Assembly (NCBI GenBank): GCA_963701855.1
Contig: CAVPBK010000006.1
Location: 672,001 to 736,000, forward strand
DNA: 64,000 nucleotides
Direction of reading: 5' to 3'
Origin: Nitrospirota bacterium
GTDB taxonomy: Bacteria > Nitrospirota > Nitrospiria > Nitrospirales > Nitrospiraceae
Shown: one piece after another, positions 28,889-41,103 of the stretch
Numbering within the stretch: position 1 is the stretch's first letter
Layout: the number at the start of each line of letters is the position of its first letter
Program-made: the position numbers and the translations under genes
The notes under the pieces: generated by a model
Seen by the model: only the letters and a program-made list of their open reading frames with translations
Told to the model about the DNA's origin: nothing
Database searches by the model: none

Positions 28889-29870
28889 TGTCTCGTTCGG
28901 CTCCTTTTTCCTAATAAGTTCGTTAAGATGGCCTTCTGCATATGGAGGCGGTTCTCCGCCTGGTCGATGACGACCGACTGCGGACCATCCAGCACATCGG
29001 CGCTGATTTCTTCACCCCGGTGGGCTGGCAAACAGTGCATGACGATCGCATCAGGCTTAGCGCGATGTAACAGGCGGCTGTTCACTTGATACGGAGACAA
29101 GACCTTTAATCGTCGCGCATGCTCCCGCTCGCGGCCCATACTGATCCAGACGTCGGTATAGATAACATCCGCTTCCTTCGCCGCGACATGGGGATCCTGA
29201 CCGATCTCGATTACCGCGCCGGTTTTTGCGGCCTCGACCCTGGCCCTGTCCACAACATGTTGCTCCGGTTGATATCCCACCGGACAACCGAGGGTGATGG
29301 TCATCCCCATCTTCGCCGCCGCCTCGATCAGGGAATTCGCCACATTGTTGCCGTCGCCGATATAGGCGATCTTGATTCCCTTCAACCGACCCTTCTTCTC
29401 GCGAATGGTCAAGAGGTCTGAGAGGGCCTGGCAGGGATGACTCAGGTCGGTCAGCCCATTGATCACCGGCATCGTCGCTTCCCTCGCCCATTCCTCTACA
29501 ATCGCGTGGTCATAGGTGCGGATGACGATCGCGTCGAGATAGCGCGACAACACACGCGCCGTATCGGCGACACTTTCTCCACGTGAGAGCTGAATGTCGG
29601 CCATGGGCAGGACCAGAGCGTGGCCGCCCAACTGGTTCATCCCCGCCTCGAAGGACACTCTCGTGCGCGTCGATGGTTTCTGGAACAGAAGCCCCAGCGT
29701 CTTCCCAGGAAGCAGTGAATGAAGAACCCCGCGCCGCTGCTTATCTTTCAACAAAGCCGCCGACGCCAGTAAACGCTCCACCTCTGCCTTGCTGATGGCC
29801 GCCACATCCAGAAAATCTTTTTTCCGGCTCGCATTCCTGTCGCTCGTGTGGTCATTCCGGTTGTGTCCAT
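28885..29870 (-). CDS. argF: Ornithine carbamoyltransferase; start region frameshifted at A6 tract 29818-29823
   Basis: [32 protein letters not shown]; conserved KDFLD lies upstream of the called GTG and connects to upstream ATGs only with a seventh A. Confidence 0.92.
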
Positions 29871-29886
29871 TCGGCGTACATACGCC

Positions 29887-31085
<1,199 letters not shown>

Positions 31086-31232
31086 GACAGACGTATCCCT
31101 TCGTAAAGCAAGGGAAAGTAGCATAGGCTTGTCGGTGGAATCAACTTGAAGGAGCGGCGGGGGGTGTGAGGCCCGGTCATGACGCTTCTTTACCCAGGCG
31201 GCGCTTCTTTCTATTGTGATACTCTCGGACAG

Positions 31233-31877
31233 ATGAAACTCTGCGCACAGTGCCAACAGCAAAATAAGGAGGATGCAAAATTCTGCCACCAATGCGGACA
31301 GCTGCTGACCGTCGAACCAGAACCACCAATCGCCACCGCCACCACCCACTCTGAAATCCACCCTGATGAACATCTCTGGCGCCAATTCATCGGCCCCTAC
31401 GCCGATCAATATCTGAAACATTTTAAAAAGTTTGGATTGGGGAAAGAACCGAAGTTCGCCCTAACGTGGAATTGGCCGGCCTTTCTCTATATTTCCTTCC
31501 TCTGGTTTCTCTACCGAAAAATGTATGTGTACGCGGCGGTCTACGCCCTCGGTCCGATGATCTCGACCTACTTGACCGGCGATATGACCGTGGGTCTCGT
31601 CTGGAGCATCATGGCCGGAGCGACCGCGAATTATGTGTATTACTGGCACTGCCGTGAACGTATCGGTGAGATCAAGAAGAGCGCAGGGATCGATCCGGCG
31701 AAGCAGGATGAGGTACTAAAAGAAAGTGGAGGCGTCCAGCCTTATGTGGTCTGGATCGGAGTCGCCTTGTACGTGCTGTTTGCAATAGCCATGTTCAAAA
31801 TGCTTCAGGACGGGTTGCCAGATGGTGAACGGCCGCTAGAGAAGCCGGCAAAACCGACTGCGGCAAGCAGCGTATAA
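31233..31877 (+). CDS. Zn-ribbon / DUF2628-like membrane protein
   Basis: CAQC...AKFCHQCG; WNWPAF...WFLYRKMY; TM segments. Confidence 0.8.
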   Translation: MKLCAQCQQQNKEDAKFCHQCGQLLTVEPEPPIATATTHSEIHPDEHLWRQFIGPYADQYLKHFKKFGLGKEPKFALTWNWPAFLYISFLWFLYRKMYVYAAVYALGPMISTYLTGDMTVGLVWSIMAGATANYVYYWHCRERIGEIKKSAGIDPAKQDEVLKESGGVQPYVVWIGVALYVLFAIAMFKMLQDGLPDGERPLEKPAKPTAASSV

Positions 31878-31985
31878 ACCAGCCGGTACTCCCGGTGTCT
31901 GTCAAAAGTGACCGCTTGACTTGAGCGCCTGTTCCAGTATGCTCTGGCCTGTGAATAATCCCTTCAGGCTTGAGAGGAACACACA

Positions 31986-32591
31986 ATGGCTCGATTGATC
32001 TTGCTGCGTCATGGCGAATCGCAATGGAACTTGGAGAATCGTTTCACGGGTTGGGTGGATGTGCCCCTGTCTCCGCGCGGCATTCAGGAGGCGAAGGACG
32101 CGGGCGAAAAATTGCGCGATTATACGTTTGACCGGGCCTTTACCTCCGTGTTGGCCCGTGCGAATGAGACGTTGCGGCTGGTGCTCGACACCATCGGCCA
32201 GACCGGTATCCCGATCGAGAAAGACAAGGCCCTCAATGAACGGATGTACGGCGAGCTCCAAGGATTGAACAAGGACGAGACCGTGAAAAAATACGGTGAG
32301 GCACAGGTGAAGATCTGGCGGCGGAGTTACGATGTACGTCCGCCGGGAGGGGAAAGCCTGAAAGACACGGCGGAGCGTGTATTACCCTACTATGAACAGA
32401 CCATCAAGCCCTATGTTTTGAAAGGGGACACGATCCTCGTCGCAGCGCATGGAAACAGCTTACGAGCCTTGATCATGGAGTTGGAGCAACTCTCTCGAGA
32501 GCAAGTGCTGGAGTTAAATGTCCCAACCGGTGCGCCGCTGCTCTATGAATTGGACAAGACCGGGAAGGTCGTCGATCACCGCTACCTCTGA
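31986..32591 (+). CDS. gpmA: 2,3-bisphosphoglycerate-dependent phosphoglycerate mutase
   Basis: [28 protein letters not shown]. Confidence 0.96.
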   Translation: MARLILLRHGESQWNLENRFTGWVDVPLSPRGIQEAKDAGEKLRDYTFDRAFTSVLARANETLRLVLDTIGQTGIPIEKDKALNERMYGELQGLNKDETVKKYGEAQVKIWRRSYDVRPPGGESLKDTAERVLPYYEQTIKPYVLKGDTILVAAHGNSLRALIMELEQLSREQVLELNVPTGAPLLYELDKTGKVVDHRYL

Positions 32592-32613
32592 CAGGTCTCG
32601 GTAGGTTAGGAAA

Positions 32614-33108
32614 TTATCCGATATTTTCCAATAACTGCCCGTAGGTGTTGACCGGCACGAAATCGATCAGCAGGGTCAATAGATTGCCCCGTTCTGCTTC
32701 TCTGATTAATTGGTTCTCCTCCATCAACGTAGCGGCTTCCGCACTCACCGCAAGCGGACTTACCCCTTCTTCAATCAAGCGATTATACCGGCGGCGGCGG
32801 TCCTCCCAGTCGTTGAGGTAGGCGGCCCAGGAAGCTGAGCCGACTGGAACAGTTGTACCCCATCCTGCTTTCATCGTATCCAAGATGAATTCCAACAACG
32901 CGGACTGATATTTCTGAGGGATGTGCGCCTCGATGGCTGCGAAGATCCAAAACAGGTTCAGCGAGAGCACTTCTTGCGTGATCGCCTGAGCCTGCTCGGT
33001 CGTTGCCTCGATCCCATATTCCTCCAGCTGCTGAACGGATAGGCCGAGCGGCATCGCTGCAACCAGGGCCACTGCTGCTTGCTTCGGTGTCATCGAGTTG
33101 GCTGACAT
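32614..33108 (-). CDS. Hypothetical protein
   Basis: GGAGGAG RBS, 164 aa plausible composition. Confidence 0.7.
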   Translation of the reverse strand: MSANSMTPKQAAVALVAAMPLGLSVQQLEEYGIEATTEQAQAITQEVLSLNLFWIFAAIEAHIPQKYQSALLEFILDTMKAGWGTTVPVGSASWAAYLNDWEDRRRRYNRLIEEGVSPLAVSAEAATLMEENQLIREAERGNLLTLLIDFVPVNTYGQLLENIG

Positions 33109-33211
33109 ACCTCATCTCCTCCCTCGTCCACAATGGCAGAGAGTACTCTACTGCTGCCATTGCGCTCAAGCAGCATGTCCCAGCCTGCCTCCTGTGCTAG
33201 AGTCCGCCGCC

Positions 33212-33445
33212 ATGATTGGGCAGATTGCCACCACATTTTCACGATGGACCTGTGCCGCTAGTCTGTTGGCTCTCTTGGCCACAGGCACGGTCATGGATGC
33301 ACCTCACACCCAAGCAGGCGAACCGCGCTGGGGATTCGGGAGCGGCCTGGGATTCACATCTGGAACGGTCAATGCCACGGTGTTCACCCTGGCATTCATA
33401 GGCGCAGGCACTTCGGCGGAGCCTTGCGAGAGTCCAGCTCTCTGA
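33212..33445 (+). pseudogene. Truncated exported beta-barrel-like protein
   Basis: Signal peptide then WGFGSGLGFTSGTVNATVFTLAF, then abrupt end. Confidence 0.4.
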
Positions 33446-33486
33446 TACGCGAATGAAGTATCTGAGGATGTGGTGAGAAGTGGCAG

Positions 33487-34509
33487 TTAGGCCGCTTTGG
33501 CCGGCCGCCAGCGAAGTCCGATGTTCAGCAGTTCTTGCAACAGATCTTTATAGGTATATCCAGCTTTCTCTGCCGAATCAGAAAAGTCTTCATCGTGCGC
33601 GATTTGTGGATTCGGATTGGCTTCCAGCACGTACACGTTTCCCTCCGCGTCCATTCTTACGTCGATGCGCGCATAGCCACTCAAGCCGAGTGTACGATAG
33701 ACTCGCTTCGCGAGATGTTGAATCTCCTCGGCTTTCCCTTCAGGAAGATTCCTGGCTTCCCCTGAACGAATCCCATACTTGATTTGATACGTGCGACTCC
33801 ATTTGACTCGTTCTGTCGCAATCCGGCGGGCGTCATCCGGAAGCTTATCCATAATCAACTCCCATACCGGCAAGACGTGGACATGCCCATTGCCCATCAC
33901 TCCGACATAGAATTCACGTCCTTCGATATACCGCTCGATGAGGGCGCCGGTCCCCACGTTCGTATGGATGAATTCGACTCGCTCCTTGAGTTTGTCGTCA
34001 TCCTGGACAATGGACGCCTGAGAGATCCCGAGCGATGCCTCTTCGGTCACCGATTTGACAATTAAAGGAAATGACAGCCACTTGGGCCGTTTGACCGTCC
34101 GCCCCTGCTGCACCACCATGAAATCCGGGAATGGGATTCGATGGAATGAGAACAGCTTCTTGGAGAGGACTTTGTCGCGTGCCAGCATCAACCCACGTGG
34201 GTTACAGCCGGTATAGGGCATGTGAAGCAGTTCAAGATAGGACACGACGTTCTGGTCGTACACCGCCACCCCATCAAACTCTTCGAGCAGATTGAAGGCA
34301 ATGTGCGGCTTCCAGTCTTCTATGGCGGATCGAAGCACACCGAGATCGCTCTTGACCCCCAGCGGCTTGACGTCATGTCCCAGCTTACGGAGCGTGGAGA
34401 CTACATCGTATTCCGTCTTCCACTCGGCTCCTGTCACCTCCTGCCCGTTGAGAGGGTCCGGAGGAACCAGATCTTCGTGCATCAACACGAGAATTCGGAG
34501 ACGTTTCAT
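33487..34509 (-). CDS. D-Ala-D-Ala ligase-like ATP-grasp protein
   Basis: AFNLLE, PYTG, RDK, FPLIVK, ASLGIS, ERYIEGREF, GYARIDVR, LEANPNP. Confidence 0.85.
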   Translation of the reverse strand: MKRLRILVLMHEDLVPPDPLNGQEVTGAEWKTEYDVVSTLRKLGHDVKPLGVKSDLGVLRSAIEDWKPHIAFNLLEEFDGVAVYDQNVVSYLELLHMPYTGCNPRGLMLARDKVLSKKLFSFHRIPFPDFMVVQQGRTVKRPKWLSFPLIVKSVTEEASLGISQASIVQDDDKLKERVEFIHTNVGTGALIERYIEGREFYVGVMGNGHVHVLPVWELIMDKLPDDARRIATERVKWSRTYQIKYGIRSGEARNLPEGKAEEIQHLAKRVYRTLGLSGYARIDVRMDAEGNVYVLEANPNPQIAHDEDFSDSAEKAGYTYKDLLQELLNIGLRWRPAKAA

Positions 34510-35591
34510 ACCGCTACCCTATGCCGCCCGCTGCGCAGGTAGTTCATCGTGTGGACGGTCAGCAAAATGGTGAAATCCAATTTCGCCTGCTCTTCCGCGA
34601 ACGGCAGGCGCAGATGGAGCTGACGGCAGCGCTGAATCATGTCCTCCAGAACCTGATCAATTGTATACTGATATTCGCCGGTCCAGGCTGCGACTTTGCG
34701 GCGCACTTCTTTTCTAAAGCGGTTCAAGAAGGTGGCGGCGCTCATTTTATCGGCATAGGCAGGGGCATCGGAAAAAAGTCGCTTTAAGTCCGGATCGTAC
34801 AATGACGGTCGTTCAACCCCATAGTGCCTACGCTTTCGCTCATAGTGCTCGCGAAGGGTCTTCTTCAGTTCGGACAGCGGATCGATCTCCTCACTCGTGA
34901 CCACCTTGGGTGGAACAGCCGCCAGCCCTTCCATCAGCCCGTTGACATACTGCAGCTTCTTGAGTACCGGCCATCCCTTGTAGCGGTCGGTCCATATCGA
35001 ATCTGGGGTAAGCCAGACCGCGAAGGTTTCTGCAAAGTCTTCGTCCGGATGACTTTGCGCATACCACACATCGAGGTGCCGCACGAAGCTCCGACTATAG
35101 GGTCTGGGGCTGTAATATTTTGGGTAGGGATCGGACGAGCGACCAAAGACCTGTTGCCGGCGGCGGAGACGGCGGAGCCGATAGGCATTTTCCACGGCGT
35201 GGCCGGCCTCATGCCGCAAAATACGCATGCACCATTCCGAGGTCCCGCCCTCGACCTCGAGCATCTGTTCCATTTCAAGTTTCGCGAGGCGTGGATGGGC
35301 CAGATAAAACGGCACGGCAATCCCTGGCACCCCATCCGGAGTAAACCATTCGTTGGACAACCAAAAGTGAGGACGGAATACGAGCTGTCTGGCTTCGAGT
35401 TCGGCATAGAGTTGCTGGATCTGTCCTGATAGGAATGCCCCGCTGAGCGTGACTCCGAGTTGGCTCATGGGGAGGCTCAAAAGCTTCTCGTTGGACCACG
35501 AGACCCATTCCGGCTCGTGATCATGGTTGTCAGACGCTGTCACATCCTGTGCCCGTAATCGTTGCATCGATACCATGCTCCTCACGATCAA
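34506..35591 (-). CDS. Putative zinc metallopeptidase (zincin, DUF2248-like)
   Basis: LRHEAGH (HExxH) and YAQSHPDEDFAETF; ATGA overlap with the ATP-grasp gene. Confidence 0.8.
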   Translation of the reverse strand: MIVRSMVSMQRLRAQDVTASDNHDHEPEWVSWSNEKLLSLPMSQLGVTLSGAFLSGQIQQLYAELEARQLVFRPHFWLSNEWFTPDGVPGIAVPFYLAHPRLAKLEMEQMLEVEGGTSEWCMRILRHEAGHAVENAYRLRRLRRRQQVFGRSSDPYPKYYSPRPYSRSFVRHLDVWYAQSHPDEDFAETFAVWLTPDSIWTDRYKGWPVLKKLQYVNGLMEGLAAVPPKVVTSEEIDPLSELKKTLREHYERKRRHYGVERPSLYDPDLKRLFSDAPAYADKMSAATFLNRFRKEVRRKVAAWTGEYQYTIDQVLEDMIQRCRQLHLRLPFAEEQAKLDFTILLTVHTMNYLRSGRHRVAV

Positions 35592-35745
35592 CCTGTAAGA
35601 AGTACTATGGAAAATATAGCATGTGCGTTGACGTAGCCTCGATTTAGGAGGCCATTCCGTTGATTATCCCTAATTAAGTGGAGAAAAAATGTCCGATCGA
35701 GTCCAAGAATGAACCGGCAGAGGCAATAGATGCCGGAAAGCCTGG

Positions 35746-36240
35746 CTAACGGAGGCGCGAAAGAAGGGCTGGTGCTGTGACCCAGATGCTATCGATTACC
35801 GAACATACATAGGCGCGGGCCCGCTCAGGGTTAGTTTCCCAATCCGGTATCGCTTCATGCAAATCCAAAATCGGCTGGTCGTGGCCGAGACAGATCTGAT
35901 TAAACAGGGAAACGTCTCGTCTAAATTTTTCCCGAATGAAGGCTTGGTGGTTTCGCCCCATCGCAATGACGAGGTCGGCACCCTCGACCAACTCCCTGGT
36001 GAGTTGTCGTTGAACGTGTCTGGTTATATCAGCTCCTTTCTCCCGCAATCGGATCTGGACCCAGTCATGCACCGATTGAGGCTTGGCGTCGATCCCGGCC
36101 GAGCTGACGACGCAGGATGTACTGAGGCCAAGTCCCGCCTTGAGTGCGTATTCTGCCGTCATACTCCTAAAGATGTTCCCCGTACACACGAACAGGACTG
36201 ACTGAAGTTTCCCGCCGGAGCAATTCTCATCCTTCTCCAT
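35746..36240 (-). CDS. Low-molecular-weight phosphatase family protein
   Basis: [11 protein letters not shown] (Cx5R), [11 protein letters not shown]. Confidence 0.85.
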   Translation of the reverse strand: MEKDENCSGGKLQSVLFVCTGNIFRSMTAEYALKAGLGLSTSCVVSSAGIDAKPQSVHDWVQIRLREKGADITRHVQRQLTRELVEGADLVIAMGRNHQAFIREKFRRDVSLFNQICLGHDQPILDLHEAIPDWETNPERARAYVCSVIDSIWVTAPALLSRLR

Positions 36241-36296
36241 GGTGCCCCCAGTTGAAGATCGACAGCCGCGTGGCTGACCACGTAGAATGCCAACCT

Positions 36297-37169
36297 ATGG
36301 CACATTCGGCAAGCCCGTCACATCCTCCCGTAAAACTGAATGAAGCCACGGAACAGCTGCAAACCAGGCTACTTCGCCTTGCTGGGGAGACCATTGGCGA
36401 ATATGGTCTCATCAAAGATGGCGACAAGATCATGGTCTGCCTATCGGGCGGGAAGGACAGCTATGCACTGCTCGACTTATTGCTGGTCTTACAACGTCGT
36501 GCTCCAATTCACTTCGACCTTGTCGCGGTAAACTTGGATCAAAAACAGCCCGGGTTTCCAGCCCATGTACTTCCCGACTATCTCTCACAGATCGGGGTAC
36601 CATTCCATATCGAAGAACGAGACACCTACTCAATTGTCAAGCGACTCATCCCCGAAGGACAGACCACCTGTTCCCTCTGCTCCCGACTCCGTCGTGGCAT
36701 CCTCTATCGCGTCGCCACGGAATTGGGCGCGACCAAGATTGCATTGGGGCATCACCGCGATGACATTGTTGAAACCCTGTTTCTGAACTTGTTCTATACC
36801 GGCAAGCTTAAGACGATGCCGCCAAAACTACGCTCGAAAGATGGCCGACATGTGGTCATCCGCCCGCTGTCCGCCGTGCGGGAGAGTGATCTGGCCAGGT
36901 ATGCGGAGTTGCGCGCATTTCCCATTATTCCCTGCGATCTCTGCGGCTCACAAGAAGATCTCAAGCGAAAACAAGTGAAGGAGTTTTTACGCGAATGGGA
37001 GCAGCGGTCTCCTGGCTGTACAGACAGCATGTTCGCCGCCCTATCGAACGTGGCGCCGCCCCTGCTCCTGGACCGACGGCTGTTTGACTTCGTGGGTCTT
37101 CACGCATCCGATCAACTGGAGGGACAGGAAGACGCCTGGCTGGATCAAGTCCCTGCCTCACTCTCATGA
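36297..37169 (+). CDS. ttcA: tRNA-cytidine(32) 2-sulfurtransferase
   Basis: [40 protein letters not shown]. Confidence 0.95.
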   Translation: MAHSASPSHPPVKLNEATEQLQTRLLRLAGETIGEYGLIKDGDKIMVCLSGGKDSYALLDLLLVLQRRAPIHFDLVAVNLDQKQPGFPAHVLPDYLSQIGVPFHIEERDTYSIVKRLIPEGQTTCSLCSRLRRGILYRVATELGATKIALGHHRDDIVETLFLNLFYTGKLKTMPPKLRSKDGRHVVIRPLSAVRESDLARYAELRAFPIIPCDLCGSQEDLKRKQVKEFLREWEQRSPGCTDSMFAALSNVAPPLLLDRRLFDFVGLHASDQLEGQEDAWLDQVPASLS

Positions 37170-37329
37170 GCCTTACAACTTCGAACCGAATGAAATGAGA
37201 TCGGCAACATCTGGCGAGCGCCCGGATATTGGCCACAAAATCGCGCAACTCCTGGCGAGTCCGCCATTGCGTTGAACGCCCGTAATTCGCTATACAGGAC
37301 TTCCAATTTTCGTCGGCAGGGTAAGGTTC

Positions 37330-37983
37330 ATGACACACTATCCTGATTTCAAGATGGTCGCTGAGCAACTGGTCCAAACAGCCCGCTGGGCATCTCATAT
37401 GGGCTGGGCTCCTGCTACGAGTACAAATTATAGCGTGAGGTTACCGGAAGACCACGCCCCCGCATATTGCGCGATTACAAGTTCAGGAGTGGACAAGAGC
37501 ACGATTGAAATCGAGCACATCCTCGCCGTCGACCAACAGGGCAGGCCTATTGACGCAGGCGGACTGAAACCTTCAGCCGAAACCCCTCTCCATTTGCTCC
37601 TCTATCACACGATGGGGGCCGGAGCCGTGCTTCATACGCACTCGCTCCCAGCAGCGTTGCTCTCGCAGTTGGCTCGCGACGAAGGACAGGTACTGCTCTC
37701 TGGATGGGAATTGCTGAAAGGGTTGAGCGGCATCGATACCCACGAAGTAGAAATTTCCTTGCCGATCTATCCGAACTCACAGGATATGCAGGAATTGTCG
37801 GCGCGAGTGGAACAATCCCTTTCGACGGAGCGGGCATGCTACGGATTCTTGCTGGCAGGACATGGCCTCTATGTCTGGGGCAAGGATCTGCTTGAAGCCA
37901 AACGGCATCTTGAAGTCTTGGAATATCTTCTCCAGTGCCAACGGGAGGTGACACGGCATGGCCACTCTGCGAATACCAAATAA
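37330..37983 (+). CDS. mtnB: Methylthioribulose-1-phosphate dehydratase
   Basis: PATSTNYS, SGVDK, KPSAET.LH, LHTHS, GHGLYVWG. Confidence 0.92.
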   Translation: MTHYPDFKMVAEQLVQTARWASHMGWAPATSTNYSVRLPEDHAPAYCAITSSGVDKSTIEIEHILAVDQQGRPIDAGGLKPSAETPLHLLLYHTMGAGAVLHTHSLPAALLSQLARDEGQVLLSGWELLKGLSGIDTHEVEISLPIYPNSQDMQELSARVEQSLSTERACYGFLLAGHGLYVWGKDLLEAKRHLEVLEYLLQCQREVTRHGHSANTK

Positions 37984-38485
37984 GAACGTAACCCTGCGGG
38001 ATCCATCGACTGTGCGGCAATTTCTGAACGCGCGAGGCATCGTCTATGATCGATGGTCTATAGACAAAAACTTACTCTCCGGAACCACGAACGAGCAGGT
38101 TCTCGCCGCCTACGACTCCCTGCTCAAGCCTCTCATGGTAAAGGGGGGGTACCAGACGGCGGATATCGTCAATGTAGACGGGGATACGCCGAATCTGGCC
38201 GGAATCAGAGAGAAATTCCTCAGAGAACACACTCACACCGAGGATGAAGTGCGTGTCTTTGTTGAAGGCCAAGGATTTTTTTGGTTTCACAAGGAAGAAC
38301 CAGACGAGGAAGTCTTCGCCCTGTTGTGCGAGCAAGACGATCTCATTTCGGTCCCAGCCAACACAAAGCACTGGTTCGACTTAGGCGACCCTCCGAGGGT
38401 ACGTGCGATTCGCATCTTCACCGATCAAGCCGGCTGGGTACCGCACTATACGAATTCTGGAATCGATCAACGGTATCGCTGGTAG
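37958..38485 (+). CDS. mtnD: Acireductone dioxygenase
   Basis: KFLREHTHTEDEVR, ISVPANTKHWFD. Confidence 0.93.
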   Translation: MATLRIPNKNVTLRDPSTVRQFLNARGIVYDRWSIDKNLLSGTTNEQVLAAYDSLLKPLMVKGGYQTADIVNVDGDTPNLAGIREKFLREHTHTEDEVRVFVEGQGFFWFHKEEPDEEVFALLCEQDDLISVPANTKHWFDLGDPPRVRAIRIFTDQAGWVPHYTNSGIDQRYRW

Positions 38486-38492
38486 CCGCCCC

Positions 38493-39182
38493 ATGGTCCG
38501 ATACGTTCTCATGGATATCGAAGGCACTCTTATTTCGGTGGCTTTTGTCCGTGATATTCTCTTCCCGTTTGCAAAGCAACGTCTCACAAGCTTTCTCCAT
38601 GAACGTCGGCATGATCCCGATGTACTCCGATTGGCCACAGAATGCCAGAATGCCATTGAGCACGAAACAGGTACACGTCCTAGGTACGAGGAGTTGCCAG
38701 TCATGCTCGCAGGCTGGATCGATCAGGATCGAAAATTGGCCTGCCTCAAGGCGTTGCAAGGAGTGATCTGGGATGAGGGTTATCGACAGCGGGCATTTGC
38801 ACCGGAACTGTATGGTGATGTCCTGCCGGTATTAACACAATGGCGGACGAGCGGCATCCGACTCGGAATATACTCATCCGGCTCGAAACAGGCACAGCAG
38901 CTCCTCTTCACACACACCAACGCAGGAGATGTGACATCGTTGTTTGAACACTTTTTCGATACCAGTGTCGGCGAGAAGAAGACAGCATCCAGCTACCGCA
39001 CGATCAGCGAACAGATCGGTCTGCCACCCCATCACATTCTCTTTCTGTCGGACACGGAACACGAACTAGATGCCGCAGCACTGACTGGATTCAGGACCGC
39101 CCACATCGTGCGGCCTGGAACTGATGCGAGCACGCGCCATCCTATACATTCCGATCTCACGTCCATCCTCGTTGAAGGATAG
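38493..39182 (+). CDS. mtnC: Enolase-phosphatase E1
   Basis: DIEGT, LFPFA, DRK..LKALQG.IW, YSSGS..AQ, FDT.VGEK, LFLSD. Confidence 0.93.
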   Translation: MVRYVLMDIEGTLISVAFVRDILFPFAKQRLTSFLHERRHDPDVLRLATECQNAIEHETGTRPRYEELPVMLAGWIDQDRKLACLKALQGVIWDEGYRQRAFAPELYGDVLPVLTQWRTSGIRLGIYSSGSKQAQQLLFTHTNAGDVTSLFEHFFDTSVGEKKTASSYRTISEQIGLPPHHILFLSDTEHELDAAALTGFRTAHIVRPGTDASTRHPIHSDLTSILVEG

Positions 39183-39231
39183 ACTTTCCTATCGACACAA
39201 TGTTCGGGACAGCTCGAAAGACACAAGAGGG

Positions 39232-39795
39232 TTAGGCCTTCAACTTCGAAATGAACTGTTTGCGGAACTTGACTACTTTCGGTCCGACGACGGCTGTACA
39301 GTAACCCTGAAAGGGATTCCGCACAAAATATTCCTGGTGATAAGACTCGGCTTCGTGCCAGATCCCGGCAGGAGTGATCTCCGTCACGATCGGATTGGCA
39401 TAGAGCTTCGCATTTGTCACGGCTGCGATCACCTCCTCAGCAATCTGCTTCTGCTCAGGCCCATGATAAAAAATTGCCGACCGGTATTGAGTCCCGGCAT
39501 CATGTCCCTGCCGATTGAGTGTCGTAGGATCGTGGATGACAAACAATACTTCTAGCAATTCGCGATAGCTGACGACGTTGGGGTCGAACGTGATACGTAC
39601 CGCTTCCGCGTGACCAGTCTTGCCGCTACAGACAGCTTCATACGTCGGATGATCGACCTGACCACCTATATAGCCGGATTCGACCGCTATCACACCTTTC
39701 ATCTGGTCATAGACCGCTTCAAGGCACCAAAAGCAACCGCCGGCTACGGTTGCAATGCGATATCCAGTCTGCGCTGGAGATACGGTGTGTCCCAT
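39232..39795 (-). CDS. msrA: Peptide methionine sulfoxide reductase A
   Basis: GGCFWC, TGHAE, GTQYRS, AESYHQEY. Confidence 0.96.
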   Translation of the reverse strand: MGHTVSPAQTGYRIATVAGGCFWCLEAVYDQMKGVIAVESGYIGGQVDHPTYEAVCSGKTGHAEAVRITFDPNVVSYRELLEVLFVIHDPTTLNRQGHDAGTQYRSAIFYHGPEQKQIAEEVIAAVTNAKLYANPIVTEITPAGIWHEAESYHQEYFVRNPFQGYCTAVVGPKVVKFRKQFISKLKA

Positions 39796-40010
39796 CGTGT
39801 AAATCTCTGATTATATGGCTTGAAGAAGAGTCGCGAATGGTTCCACGTTCTTTCATGCCTACTGTTATCTTATACCATAGGCACCGTGAAGCCGTGAAAC
39901 AGTTCCGCGAGCAAGAAGCACAGGTTCTTCCTGCCTAAGGATTGTAGGCAAGGTGGCCAAACCGTCTGGATCTATCTGGGTTCTAAAGGAGTAACGGTGG
40001 GTGAGAAAGA

Positions 40011-40427
40011 CTACGTCTTAATTTCTTCGTTTAGACTGGCGATAACCTGCTTGAGATTTTCCTCATCATCGGGTTTAATCTTGATGAACTGGATCCCAAA
40101 TGTATTGGCTTTGACCCACCGCACTTGGGCTTCGTCGATCCGCAAAGGCCAGTCAAGCCCAGGGACATAGATACGGAACTCAAACGAAGCTCCCACGGCG
40201 ACCGGAAAATCCGCCTCTATCATACAGCCGCCAACAGAGAGATCCAGCGTCCGACCTTGGCCTTCACGTTGCCCGCCTGAAATTGTGCTCCTGAACTGTG
40301 AAGTAAAACGTGGTTGCTGGCGTTTCTCTATAGGAAACTCTTCTTTGATAGTATGAGACTGAGGATGCTTCTTACTTAAATCCTGCTTATTCTTCATAAA
40401 AATCATGCTTGCATCAGTTCCAATCAA
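40011..40427 (-). CDS. Single-domain PilZ protein
   Basis: KRQQPR, DLSVGGC, VRWV..FGIQF; start uncertain. Confidence 0.85.
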   Translation of the reverse strand: MIGTDASMIFMKNKQDLSKKHPQSHTIKEEFPIEKRQQPRFTSQFRSTISGGQREGQGRTLDLSVGGCMIEADFPVAVGASFEFRIYVPGLDWPLRIDEAQVRWVKANTFGIQFIKIKPDDEENLKQVIASLNEEIKT

Positions 40428-40488
40428 ACAATGAACCCCAAGCCTGTTTTAGAGGCGCAAGGGTTCTTTGGTGTCGCCGATCGTTTGA

Positions 40489-41103
40489 TTATTTCTTCAT
40501 ATTCAACAATACGTGTCCGCGGCGATTCTGCTGGTAGCAGGACTCAGTAGGATCCTCGCAGAAAGGACGCGCCTTGCCGTACGACACGATCGCTACCTGC
40601 TTGGGGGCTACGCCCGATTCGATCAGATAGCTGCGCGCAGCCTTGGCTCGCTTATCCCCCAGCACGATGTTGTAGTCGGACGTGCCCCGTTCATCGCAAT
40701 GACCCTCGACCTTCATCACTGCTCCAGGATGATCCTTCAGCCACTGTGCATCGAGGTTCAATGCCTCCATTCCGGCGTCTGAAAGAATCCACTGATCATA
40801 TCCAAAAAACACGTCCTTTAGGCCAGCCTCGATGGCCGCTTTTTCCTCTTTGGTTATTTCAGCACGCTGACGGGCGCTCATCCCAGAGGGAGAAAGTGAT
40901 ACGATATCGCCGCCCTTCCCCAGACGCTCTTCCGAGGGATTCTTAGAGAAACCACTTAGCCCTTTCCCTGAACTACCGTTTTGCGCAGACCCTGCTCCCG
41001 TCTCTCCATCGGACTGCAACCATTTCATGCTACAGCCCTGACCAACCAACAGGACAAGCCCTATCGCTGCCACAACACCTATTTTCATTGAACTTCCGAT
41101 CAT
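40489..41103 (-). CDS. pal: Peptidoglycan-associated lipoprotein (OmpA family)
   Basis: Lipobox GQGC; VFFGYD, EGHCDERGT..YN..LG..RA, SYGK, NRR. Confidence 0.88.
   Translation of the reverse strand: MIGSSMKIGVVAAIGLVLLVGQGCSMKWLQSDGETGAGSAQNGSSGKGLSGFSKNPSEERLGKGGDIVSLSPSGMSARQRAEITKEEKAAIEAGLKDVFFGYDQWILSDAGMEALNLDAQWLKDHPGAVMKVEGHCDERGTSDYNIVLGDKRAKAARSYLIESGVAPKQVAIVSYGKARPFCEDPTESCYQQNRRGHVLLNMKK

Noticed and set aside
33487..34509. Canonical ddl gene
   Set aside because: No cell-wall gene context, lacks the typical N-terminal GG.S.E and HG..GEDG motifs, and is coupled to a peptidase
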